Source: Candidatus Latescibacterota bacterium (GTDB lineage: Bacteria > Latescibacterota > UBA2968 > GCA-2709665). From it: 64,000 nucleotides of DNA. Below are positions 26,814 to 36,177 of this stretch, piece by piece. Where the stretch lies: the NCBI GenBank assembly GCA_965208835.1, contig OZ242358.1, positions 1,216,001-1,280,000 on the forward strand, given 5' to 3'. Position 1 is the stretch's first letter; the number at the start of each line of letters is the position of its first letter. Position numbers and translations under genes: made by a program. Below the pieces are notes generated by a model, which saw only the letters and a program-made list of their open reading frames with translations, searched no databases and was not told where the DNA came from.

Positions 26814-27761
26814 CTATTCCTTTCTGCATTCCGCGATTTTCTCGAGGGTTTGATCGTGCAGGTCCTGTGTCCGGCTCACCAGAACGTCGAAGACGGTCTC
26901 GTAATCTTCCGTGGGCTTCGCCACTTCGTTTCCGTTGAAATCGGAGACGATCAGGCCGGCCTGTTCGGCAATTGCAATACCTGAGAAGACGTCGACGTAG
27001 GGCTGCTGTCTGGCAAAATAGACGTCGATCTGCCCCGCCGCGGCCTCTGCAAAAGCGTACGGGCCGCCATTGGGATGGAGCATCTTGAACGCATCGATGA
27101 CGGGTCTGTATTCATCGATGAGCGGCATGAGGAACTTGGCCGGTTTGAGGAGGTATGATTCCACACACGCGTCACCCACGTCGGAGGCGGGTTCTCCGTG
27201 CCGTTCCTTTCGATAGCTCTCGTTCAGTCGCTCCACGCCGGTCAACGCGTTGCCGTCCAGCCTGGCCATGAACGCGCCGTTGCCGTTGGCGAAGGCAAGG
27301 TCTCTGTTGAAGACGTCGCCGGTGATGGACGTCAGGTGATTGAAGTTGGCATCGAAGAGCGCCAGGGAACTGTACTGCATGAACGGCAGCCCTCTCTTGT
27401 ACAGCCAGCTGCCGTCGAAGGGATCCGAAACGCCATAAATCTTGCTGCCTTCCTTGCCGCCGGTGAGATCCACCATACCGGCTTCCTCGGAAAGCAGCAC
27501 GACCGGATGCGTGCTCTCTTTGAGTCTCCCGATATAGGCCCCTTCCGCGGCTTCGTCTACACCGAAAATCTCGGCGTCCCAATCCTTGTAGTCGCCCTCC
27601 CGGGTCCGGATGACCACGGAACCGCTGGCATCGCCCTGCAGATCGTGAAGAATATCCAGGGTCTCCGCCACGATGGCCAGGCCCAGCGCCGTGAGGTCGT
27701 CTACATTATCGGATCTACTGAAGTTGCTGATTCTATTTTCGAAAACCTGATCGTCACCCAT
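26814..27761 (-). CDS. Inositol monophosphatase / FBPase family phosphatase
   Basis: LLSEE, SDPFDGS, AAGQIDVY, DVFSGIAIAEQAG..VSDFNG motifs. Confidence 0.8.
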   Translation of the reverse strand: MGDDQVFENRISNFSRSDNVDDLTALGLAIVAETLDILHDLQGDASGSVVIRTREGDYKDWDAEIFGVDEAAEGAYIGRLKESTHPVVLLSEEAGMVDLTGGKEGSKIYGVSDPFDGSWLYKRGLPFMQYSSLALFDANFNHLTSITGDVFNRDLAFANGNGAFMARLDGNALTGVERLNESYRKERHGEPASDVGDACVESYLLKPAKFLMPLIDEYRPVIDAFKMLHPNGGPYAFAEAAAGQIDVYFARQQPYVDVFSGIAIAEQAGLIVSDFNGNEVAKPTEDYETVFDVLVSRTQDLHDQTLEKIAECRKE

Positions 27762-27848
27762 TCGTGAACCCTTCGGCGTAAAGTGTTTAAATTTAGGTTT
27801 TTACGAGACAAATTGGACTCGTATAAGTACTGGATCGAACAGTCAATG

Positions 27849-27877
27849 AGTATACCATATTCCACCGGGTATGTCAA
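27849..27877 (-). promoter_or_regulatory. Sigma70 promoter for the phosphatase-acyltransferase-kinase operon
   Basis: TTGACA-17 bp-TATACT on the minus strand. Confidence 0.75.
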
Positions 27878-27940
27878 GCCAAAACATATTGCGGAACGGT
27901 TGCGCGGGTGTTATCGTTAGTCGAAAGCAAAACCTTAAGA

Positions 27941-28070
27941 GCGGGAAGACGTGAGAGGGGAGAGGGTAGAGATCGCATGCCGAAAAGGGGTTCTCTTTAT
28001 GTCGCAGGCAAGACGGAGGAACATATCGGCAAGGGCATCTTCTCCCGGCTCACCTCTACCGTCTACCCGC
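27941..28070. mobile_element. Repeat family D copy 2 with trailing heptamer repeats
   Basis: GCGGGAAGACG...CCGTCTACCCGC, followed by CCGTCTCA/CGTCTCG/CATCTCA units to ~28104. Confidence 0.75.
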
Positions 28071-28176
28071 ATTTCTTCTACCGTCTCACGTCTCGCATCT
28101 CACTGCATCGCGTAAAGGACACGGGAATGGGAGACTTTATGGTTGTCGGGAGATTCTAAACGGAAAAGGAGTAACA

Positions 28177-29340
28177 ATGGTTCTTCGCGGGAAGATTGTA
28201 GGCACGGAAACACCCGTGTCGGTATCTATTGAAGACGGACTGATCGCGGGCATCGAAGACGAGGGACCCGCGGAATTCGGAGGCGACGACGTGTGGATTT
28301 CGCCCGGGATATTCGACGTCCAGGTCAATGGCGCCGGCGGGATCAACTACAGTTCCGGAGACCTGACGGTGGAGCGCGTGCTCCAGGCCAGCGAGTGGCC
28401 GTACCGGGCGGGAACCGCGCTGTTCTGTCCCACGGTCACGACCTCTCCGGCGGAGCAGGCGATTGCGGGATTGCGGACGCTGGCCCGGGCGTGCGAGCAG
28501 TCGGCTGCCGCGAAAGCGTCATTCGTCGGTTTCCACGTGGAAGGGCCGTACATCGCGTCCGAAGACGGGCCGAGGGGGGCGCATCCCCTCGAACATACGC
28601 GGGACCCGGACTGGGACGAGTTCCGCCGCTACCAGGACGCCGCGGGCGGCCGGATCAGAATTCTGACCCTCGCGCCCGAACGGGAGGGATCGCTGGCCTT
28701 TATCGAGAAGGCCGCGGAGGCCGGTGTCATCGTGGCTCTGGGGCATACGGGCGCCAGCCGTGCGCGGATACGTGAAGCCGTGGCGGCCGGAGCGCAGATG
28801 TCCACGCACCTGGGCAACGGGGCGCACGCGGAGATTCCGCGCCACGACAATTATATTTGGGAGCAGCTTGCCGCGGACGAACTCTGGGCGGGAATCATCC
28901 CGGACGGGCACCATCTTCCGCCGCCCGTGCTGAAGAGCTTCTGCAGGGCCAAGCAGAAAGCGCGCCTGTGTCTGGTCAGCGACGTGTCGTCCATCGCGGG
29001 GCTGCCGCCGGGCATCTACGGCCGGAGCTACGGAACCGACGCGGTGGAGATCCACGAGAACGGGAAGATTTCCCTGGCGGGCACGCCGTATCTGGCCGGC
29101 GCATCCCTCTTTTTGGATTACGGGATTCCCAATACGGTGGCGTATACGGATGCCGCGCTGTCCGACGCGGTGGAGATGGCGTCCATCAACCCCGCGCGGC
29201 TGCTGGGCGTAGATGACCGACTGGGACGCGTGGAACCCGGGATGGAGGCCAGCCTCACGTTGTTCCGATGGACGGATGGAGAACGCGCGCTTTTCGTCGA
29301 GGCGACGATTGTCCGGGGTGAGATTGTCCACAAGGCGTGA
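28177..29340 (+). CDS. nagA: N-acetylglucosamine-6-phosphate deacetylase family
   Basis: PGIFDVQVNG, PTVTT, FHVEGPYI, RGAHP, LTLAPE, LGHT, THLGNG, IPDGHH, LVSD, LAGA, ASINPA. Confidence 0.85.
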   Translation: MVLRGKIVGTETPVSVSIEDGLIAGIEDEGPAEFGGDDVWISPGIFDVQVNGAGGINYSSGDLTVERVLQASEWPYRAGTALFCPTVTTSPAEQAIAGLRTLARACEQSAAAKASFVGFHVEGPYIASEDGPRGAHPLEHTRDPDWDEFRRYQDAAGGRIRILTLAPEREGSLAFIEKAAEAGVIVALGHTGASRARIREAVAAGAQMSTHLGNGAHAEIPRHDNYIWEQLAADELWAGIIPDGHHLPPPVLKSFCRAKQKARLCLVSDVSSIAGLPPGIYGRSYGTDAVEIHENGKISLAGTPYLAGASLFLDYGIPNTVAYTDAALSDAVEMASINPARLLGVDDRLGRVEPGMEASLTLFRWTDGERALFVEATIVRGEIVHKA

Positions 29341-29372
29341 CATCTCCAATTGAGGATTCGGGGGTTAGAACA

Positions 29373-31532
29373 ATGGAACGGATCCAGGGTGTCGTGGAGC
29401 GGATCACGTTTCAGAATGAGGAGAGCGGCTACACGGTTGCCAGGTTTCAGCCCGAGGGCCGGGGAGAGCCGGTGACCGTGGTTGGCAATACGCTCTCGCT
29501 GACAGCGGGCGAGTGTGTGGCCGTGAAAGGCGAATGGACAACCCACGCGAAGTTCGGCCGCCAGTTCAAGATCGAGTCTTACGAAAAAGTACATCCTTCC
29601 ACGGTTGAAGGGATGCGAAAGTACCTGGGCTCCGGGCTGATCAAGGGAATCGGACCGGTCATGGCCGGACGGATCGTGGACCATTTCGGCGCGAAAACCC
29701 TGGAGGTGATCGAGAAGGCTTCGAAGCGGCTGATTGAGGTGGAAGGGCTGGGCAGGAAGCGTGCGGGGATGATCGAGGATGCCTGGAAGGAACAGCGCGA
29801 AATTCACAATGTAATGGTGTTCCTGCAGTCGCACGACGTGGGGACGGGTCATGCCGTAAAGATCTGGAAGCAATACGGTCAGGATGCGATTTCACTGATC
29901 CAGGAGAATCCCTACCGGTTGTCGGCCGACGTGTGGGGAATCGGGTTCACAAGCGCCGACCGGATCGCACAGAAAATGGGCGTTGAGACCCACTCCGATC
30001 AACGGATCATGGCGGGAATCAGATACGTGCTGGATACGGCCGCGGAAAAAGAAGGGCACGTGTACCTGCCAAGGGAGGAACTGTCGACGGTCTGCGCCGA
30101 GACGCTGGACGTATCGCCGGATCTGGTCGCCCCGTGCATCGACGGGTTACAGGTAGCCGAGGAAGTCGTCGTGGAGGAGGACCGCATCTACGTTCCGCCG
30201 CTCTACTTTGCCGAAAAGGGCGTTGCGACGCGCGTACATGGGTTTTCCAGCATAGAGCGGATTGAAACAGGCGATATCGGCCGGGAGATCGCGGCCATCG
30301 AGAAAAGGAACGGCGTCCGGTTTGCCGCGCGGCAGAAGGTCGCCCTGGAGAAAGCCCTCGCACACAGCCTGCTGGTGCTTACGGGTGGACCGGGCACGGG
30401 CAAGACCACGACCATCAGGGGATTGATTGCCCTCTTCGAAGCGCGGGGCAAGGTGGTCGCGCTGGCGGCGCCAACGGGACGGGCGGCGAAACGCATGGCC
30501 GAAGCCACGGCGCGGGAAGCAAGTACCATCCACAGGCTGCTGAAGTTCAGTCCGGGAGAGTATAAATTCGAGAAGGACTTCAACAATCAGCTGTCCGTGG
30601 ACGCGGTGATCGTGGACGAGGTCTCGATGATGGACGTGGGATTGATGAACAGCCTGCTGCAGGCGGTGCCGCTGAGCGCGTCACTGGTGCTCGTGGGCGA
30701 CGTGGACCAGTTGCCTTCGGTAGGACCGGGGAACATCCTGAAAGATATCATCGGATCCGGAAAGGCCGAGACGGTCGCGCTCAACGAAATCTTCCGGCAG
30801 GCACGGGAGAGCCGGATCGTGACGAACGCGCACAGCATTCTGGCCGGTGAAATTCCGGAGGTGGACAACAGCCGGAAATCGGATTTCTTCTTTTCGGAGG
30901 TGGACGACCCGGAGGAGGTGGTCGACACCGTCTGCGGACTCTGCCGGAACAGGCTGCCCCGCGCCTACGGAGTTGACGCGATTGACGATATCCAGGTCCT
31001 GGCGCCCATGTACCGGGGCGAGACCGGCGCGATCAATCTGAATCAGGTGCTCCAGGAGCGGCTCAATCCGGGCGGCCGGGAACTCCTTCGCGGCGGCGTA
31101 CGCTTCCGAGAGGGAGACAAGGTGATGCAGGTGCGCAACAACTACGACAAGGACGTGTTCAACGGGGATATCGGGCGCGTGGCGACGATCGATATGACGA
31201 ATCACGCGCTGGCGGTGAGGTATCCCGAGCGGATCGTGGGGTACGACTTCACGGAGCTGGACGAGATCGTGCTGGCCTACGCCACGAGCGTCCACAAGAG
31301 CCAGGGATCGGAGTATCCGGTTGTGGTGCTGCCCCTGACCACCCAGCACTACATGATGCTGCAGAGAAACCTGCTCTACACCGCCGTCACCAGAGCGAAG
31401 AACCTCGTTGTCATCGTCGGCACGCGCAAGGCCCTGGCCATCGCTATCAAGAACAATCGGGTTGCCGACCGGTACACCTCGCTGCCCCAACGCATCCGGG
31501 CGGGGCAGAGCGACGAGGCACACAAATCTTAA
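29373..31532 (+). CDS. recD2: ATP-dependent RecD-like DNA helicase
   Basis: YLGSGLIKGIGP, ENPY, GGPGTGKTT, DEVSM, GDVDQLPSVGPG, IFRQ, GDKVMQ, HKSQGSEY, RNLLYTAVTRAK. Confidence 0.96.
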   Translation: MERIQGVVERITFQNEESGYTVARFQPEGRGEPVTVVGNTLSLTAGECVAVKGEWTTHAKFGRQFKIESYEKVHPSTVEGMRKYLGSGLIKGIGPVMAGRIVDHFGAKTLEVIEKASKRLIEVEGLGRKRAGMIEDAWKEQREIHNVMVFLQSHDVGTGHAVKIWKQYGQDAISLIQENPYRLSADVWGIGFTSADRIAQKMGVETHSDQRIMAGIRYVLDTAAEKEGHVYLPREELSTVCAETLDVSPDLVAPCIDGLQVAEEVVVEEDRIYVPPLYFAEKGVATRVHGFSSIERIETGDIGREIAAIEKRNGVRFAARQKVALEKALAHSLLVLTGGPGTGKTTTIRGLIALFEARGKVVALAAPTGRAAKRMAEATAREASTIHRLLKFSPGEYKFEKDFNNQLSVDAVIVDEVSMMDVGLMNSLLQAVPLSASLVLVGDVDQLPSVGPGNILKDIIGSGKAETVALNEIFRQARESRIVTNAHSILAGEIPEVDNSRKSDFFFSEVDDPEEVVDTVCGLCRNRLPRAYGVDAIDDIQVLAPMYRGETGAINLNQVLQERLNPGGRELLRGGVRFREGDKVMQVRNNYDKDVFNGDIGRVATIDMTNHALAVRYPERIVGYDFTELDEIVLAYATSVHKSQGSEYPVVVLPLTTQHYMMLQRNLLYTAVTRAKNLVVIVGTRKALAIAIKNNRVADRYTSLPQRIRAGQSDEAHKS

Positions 31533-31858
31533 TGAACATTCCGCACGCGCCGCTCTGCGCTTTCGTCACGCAGGGCGAATCGATCAGAGACCCGGTTGAG
31601 GCACACCGAGCACCGGGTTCTTCGAACGCACAAATTGCCTGAAGATGTACGTAACTCGCAATTACCTCGGCTTCTTCAGTCGGCTGAACACTCATTAACA
31701 CGGCAGATGAGGACACCCGCAAGGGACGCCTCGTCAGTCGACGCTCCTTCCCGTTAAACTCCGCAAATTCCCGCCTTCCCGGCGCCATCCCGCACGCCCC
31801 AGTCCAGGTTTTACGACCCTGTCTCGCACTGCCTCGATCTCCAACTACCTGTAACAGA

Positions 31859-34246
31859 CTATTCAGCAGTTCCAAGGCGATAGCCGACGTTGCGTTCGCT
31901 GAAGATATACGTTGGGGCTTTTGCGTCGTCGCCCAGCTTGCGGCGGATGTTTTTAACCGTGGCGTGGACGGGTCGCCTGTCGTCGGAACGACGCCGGGTC
32001 CAGACACGATTCAACAGGTCCTTATGGAGAACGGTCCGGCCGGCATTGACGGAGAGTTCTTCGATTAACAGATACTCGATTCTGGTCAGCACCAACGCCC
32101 GTTCGCCAATGGTCACCCGCCGTCGGGCGTAATCGACCTGCAGCGCTCCCATCACAAATGGTTCTGATGGTACGTCCTTTCGAAGCGGTGTCCGCTTGCG
32201 CAGGGTCGCCCGGATTCTGGCCGTAAGTTCCGACGGCGAGAAGGGTTTGACAATGTAGTCGGTGGCGCCGCTGTCGAAGGCTCGGACAACGGCGTCTTCG
32301 TGCCCGTATGCCGAAAGGATAATTACAGGTATGTCAACTTTTCTTACGATGTCCTGCATCAACTGAATGCCGTCGCTGCCGGGCAGCACAAGGTCCATCA
32401 ACACGAGTTCGGGACTGTGTTGGTCCACAAAGAGCAGCGCTTCGGCAGGGTCACCGGTAACGACCGGTACGAAACCGGCACGCGACAGGGCTTCCCGTAC
32501 CCTGCGCAGCGTCAGCGGATCATCGTCCACCACAAGTACTGTATTGTTATTATCTGCCGATATTCGTGCATCAGCCGTGTCCGCAACTGGCAAGCGGCTG
32601 GACACCCTTCCTACATCCTCTGCGATCGGGATGGTGAAATTAAACCGGGATCCGGTCTCCAACCCGTCACTCTCTGCCCATATCCGGCCTCCGTGGGCCT
32701 CAACAATACCCTTGCAGATGGAAAGACCCCAGCTGGCTCCTGCTTCGTATCCAGGTACGGGGTCGCTGTCGCGCCGGGGGAATCTGCGAAAGAGGTGCGG
32801 CAGGTTTTCCGGAGACACGCCCTTTCCTTTGTCGATCACGCTAATCGCGACGTTGTCGTCTTCCTGAACCGCGGTAACTCGAATCGGAGAGTCCTGCGGT
32901 GAATTTCGTGCGGCGTTCGTCAGCAGATTCACTACAACCTGCACGACACGCCCGGCGTCCGCCATGATGAGGGAAAGGCCGGGGGCCAGTTCAATGTGAA
33001 TATTGTCTCTGTCCCATCCACTCAGAAAGGTGTTCCGGGCCTGATCCAGCAGTTCGGTGACAACCGTCGGAATGGGATTCACAATCAGTGTCCCGGTCTC
33101 GATGCGCGCCACGTCCAGCAGATCGTTTATCAGGACGTTCATCTGGTCTGCCTGCGTGTCTATGATGCGCAGGAACTGAACCATCTCCGCTTGGCGAGCA
33201 GGCACGGTGTCGGTCAGCGCCGTAGTCGTGGAACCCTTGATGGCGGCAAGCGGCGCCCGCAGTTCGTGGCTGACCATGGCCAGGAACTCCGCACGCATCC
33301 GCTCCATATCCTCCAGTTGCGTCGTGTCCTGTACAGTAACGACAAAGGATTCGACGCTGCCGTCATCCGAGCGAATGGGGGTTGCGTTCACGATGGCGGT
33401 CAGGCTCCTGCCGTCCGGGACGCTTACGACGATCTCCTCGGCGCGCACGATCTCGCCCGCGCTCAACGTCTCGATCAGCGGGAGTTTCTGCATTGACACT
33501 TCCCTTCCATCGGCTCGCTGGACGGTCAGGGCTCTAAGAATCTCGTCGCGGGATAGACTTTCGATCGCAAAGAAGTCCCTGATCCTGGCGGCCTCCCGGT
33601 TTATTGATTCAATCTTTCCGGTCGCGGCATCGAAGACCACGACGGCGACGGGAGACGTGTTGATCACGGCTTCCAGATCGGCTTTGGCTTTCTGCTCGTC
33701 GCGGTGCCGGCGTGCATTAGCGATGACCAACGCCGCCTGCGACGCGAACATCACCAGTGTATCTTCGTCTTCCTGAGTGAATGACGCCCCACCCTCCTTC
33801 TCGGCGAGATAGATGACGCCCACGGATTCCCCTCTGTGACGTACCGGCGCCGCCAGAAAGGTCAGGACATCGCCGACCGGTATGGGCGGACGGAATTCGG
33901 GAAGGCCCATCTCCCGGGTGTGGCTGTGAAAATCGCGCAGCCGCAGCGGCTCTCTGATTTTCTGCATCGCCGCGAAGAATCTCAGACCGTCCGGCATATT
34001 CCAGAACTGCCTGCTCTGTTCGGGTGTCATTCCCGACGCGACGCAATCCCGTGCCCGGCCCGTTACGTCAGTGAGCGTCATCACGCCGTATTTTGAGTGC
34101 GTCAGCACCCGCGCGCTGTCCAGGACCCCTTGCAACACCGTTTCGAAATCAAGACTCTCGTTGATGTGGAGGCTCGCCTCGCTCAATAGCGACAGGCGCT
34201 CCCGCAACGTCCTGATCTCTGCGTCAAGTTTTTCTGTGAGATTCAT
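31859..34246 (-). CDS. Cytoplasmic hybrid histidine kinase / response regulator GAF-PAS-HisKA-HATPase-REC-OmpR wHTH
   Basis: SHELRAPL H-box, NLLTNA, DKGKG, GLSIC..IVEAHGG; VLVVDDD, LMDLVLP, KPFS; LTRIEY..., IRRKLGDD, GYRL; ATG 34246 after GAGGAG. Confidence 0.92.
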   Translation of the reverse strand: MNLTEKLDAEIRTLRERLSLLSEASLHINESLDFETVLQGVLDSARVLTHSKYGVMTLTDVTGRARDCVASGMTPEQSRQFWNMPDGLRFFAAMQKIREPLRLRDFHSHTREMGLPEFRPPIPVGDVLTFLAAPVRHRGESVGVIYLAEKEGGASFTQEDEDTLVMFASQAALVIANARRHRDEQKAKADLEAVINTSPVAVVVFDAATGKIESINREAARIRDFFAIESLSRDEILRALTVQRADGREVSMQKLPLIETLSAGEIVRAEEIVVSVPDGRSLTAIVNATPIRSDDGSVESFVVTVQDTTQLEDMERMRAEFLAMVSHELRAPLAAIKGSTTTALTDTVPARQAEMVQFLRIIDTQADQMNVLINDLLDVARIETGTLIVNPIPTVVTELLDQARNTFLSGWDRDNIHIELAPGLSLIMADAGRVVQVVVNLLTNAARNSPQDSPIRVTAVQEDDNVAISVIDKGKGVSPENLPHLFRRFPRRDSDPVPGYEAGASWGLSICKGIVEAHGGRIWAESDGLETGSRFNFTIPIAEDVGRVSSRLPVADTADARISADNNNTVLVVDDDPLTLRRVREALSRAGFVPVVTGDPAEALLFVDQHSPELVLMDLVLPGSDGIQLMQDIVRKVDIPVIILSAYGHEDAVVRAFDSGATDYIVKPFSPSELTARIRATLRKRTPLRKDVPSEPFVMGALQVDYARRRVTIGERALVLTRIEYLLIEELSVNAGRTVLHKDLLNRVWTRRRSDDRRPVHATVKNIRRKLGDDAKAPTYIFSERNVGYRLGTAE

Positions 34247-34369
34247 TATCCTCTCCTCTCTTACAGACAAAAGCTTACCTGCAGACTCCCGATCGATGTC
34301 GAAAAGCGGAGGCACCGTTTCCAACCCTCAGATGTACTGGTATATGCCATTGTCGCGAAATGCCACAGG

Positions 34370-34417
34370 AATCATCAAAAAATCGTTTAAAACGACCCAA
34401 AATCATCTCCAATTCAT
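34370..34417. promoter_or_regulatory. Phased direct repeats, candidate OmpR/PhoB-type binding array
   Basis: AATCAT(34370), AATCGT(34381), AACGAC(34391), AATCAT(34401), ATTCAT(34412) at 10-11 bp spacing in an AT-rich divergent intergenic region. Confidence 0.45.
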
Positions 34418-34713
34418 TTTTATTTTCGTTAATTTATGTTGATAAACGATAAAGTGAAATCTTGAACCAGACAAGTGTGGAATATCCTGACGCAGTATCG
34501 CCCAATTGGCTTGGCTGGTACGGTTGCGCGACCGCCTTTCCAATTCAGAAGCAGTATTGTAGACGGATCAGATTCCCGGCGACACGGCAGAACGACACTG
34601 GATCAATGTCAGAATTCTGCTCAATACCTGTTGCGACGCAAAGATCACCGGATCTCCGTATTCGACGAAACATCCGAGACGGTGATGTCTTTAGCCCAAA
34701 GGAGGATGCTCCC

Positions 34714-35931
34714 GTGTTATCAATAAAGAACGCCTCGTTAATCGCCGTTCTATGTCTGTTGATTACTTCAGGAATCGCGACGGCCGGTCCGAACGCGGAC
34801 GCGGTTCTGTCGCTCGACCTGATCGCCGATGGCGGTGCGGGCAATCAGAGGGACGACGGCGCGACGACCGGTGTTGTTTCGGGACAGGGCACAACCGTTG
34901 CAGCCGAAGTCTTCGCCAGAGGTGTGAGGACTTCGCTTAGGGGTATAATCATCAAGTTCAACTTTGATGCTTCGCTAATTGCCTTTATCGGAGCAGAAAA
35001 CAGTGCGTTTGCACTTTCGGTTCCGGAAGCGTCCGTCGGCGTGAACCTCGCCGCCACGTCGCCGGTGACATTACCGCCTTCCGGATTCCTGGCGCGTGCC
35101 GAGTTTGAAACGGTCGCTGACGTAACGGGCCGAGAGTTCTCCATTGGCATAGAAACGGTTACGCTTGCAGAAAACGTGACGTCGCAGGACGAACTCAAGA
35201 CAACAGCTACGATTATGTTCAATTCCACGCCGTCTCCGGACTTCGACGGTGACGGCACGGTAGGATTCTCAGACTTTGTGCTTTTCGCACGCAATTTCGG
35301 AACACAGGTCGGAGACGCAACATATGATGCGCGATTCGACCTGGATGTCGACGGCTCAGTTGGTTTTTCAGACTTTGTTGTATTCGCCCGCCAATTTGGA
35401 CAGTTCGTGGTTCGCGACAACCAACAGCCCGTGACCGTTGGCGCCATTGCCGCGCAGACCCTGACGGCGGGTGGTGATGACGCGACCGTGGATCTGTCGG
35501 ACAGCTTCAGTGATCCCGACGATGACCCATTGAAGTATTCGGCGAGTTCCAGTGATACCTCGGTGGCGGCGGTGTTGGTTACAGACAACATGCTGACGAT
35601 TGCGCCGAAGGAGGCCGGGAGCGCAACGGTGACCGTCACGGCGACCGACCCCGGTGGCTCGAGTGTCGAGCAGACGATTGATGTGACCGTGAGGGAATCC
35701 GGAGGCGGTGGCGCGAGCCAGAGGTGTACGGCGGGGCTGATGTTGAGACCGGGGGACAGTTGCCAGGGGTCCGGTTACAGCTTTCGCAACGAGGCGGGCG
35801 TTCTCATCGGACAGGGCAGCGTAGGTGGCATCTCGATAGACAATGCCCGATTCGGGGGCGGCAGCGTGCGATTAAACCAGCTGCACCTGACCAAAAGCGG
35901 CAATGTCTGGACGATTGTCAGCCTGCCATGA
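34714..35931 (+). CDS. Secreted protein: cohesin-like domain + dockerin/EF-hand-like pair + cadherin-like Ig domain + Cys C-terminal module
   Basis: GTG 34714 after AAGGAGG; signal peptide; PDFDGDGTVGFSDF...FDLDVDGSVGFSDF; NQQPVTVGAI..FSDPDDDPLKY..VTATDPGG; ends NVWTIVSLP. Confidence 0.8.
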   Translation: MLSIKNASLIAVLCLLITSGIATAGPNADAVLSLDLIADGGAGNQRDDGATTGVVSGQGTTVAAEVFARGVRTSLRGIIIKFNFDASLIAFIGAENSAFALSVPEASVGVNLAATSPVTLPPSGFLARAEFETVADVTGREFSIGIETVTLAENVTSQDELKTTATIMFNSTPSPDFDGDGTVGFSDFVLFARNFGTQVGDATYDARFDLDVDGSVGFSDFVVFARQFGQFVVRDNQQPVTVGAIAAQTLTAGGDDATVDLSDSFSDPDDDPLKYSASSSDTSVAAVLVTDNMLTIAPKEAGSATVTVTATDPGGSSVEQTIDVTVRESGGGGASQRCTAGLMLRPGDSCQGSGYSFRNEAGVLIGQGSVGGISIDNARFGGGSVRLNQLHLTKSGNVWTIVSLP

Positions 35932-36177
35932 ATCGAATCTACTGACGTTACCGCTATGGTCATCGCGGGTGCAGAGCATGTAAAACAAAAGGCGCCGTCC
36001 CTGGCTTCCGTTGAGCTAGCGATCCCACGATGAGGCAATCACCGGACATATGCGTTTCTGCAAGTATGCCGATGCGTATGGCACATCGGGCCGAAGCAGG
36101 ATGATGGTAACTGACATCGCCATTGCTATGAGGTAATCAGGCAGATAGACCTATTGGCGAGGCGTTAGGGGGACAAA

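Noticed and set aside
31447-32007. 186-aa minus-strand ORF or IS remnant at the island's left edge
   Set aside because: Overlaps recD2 and the kinase gene, has no recognisable motif, and no paired terminal repeat was found
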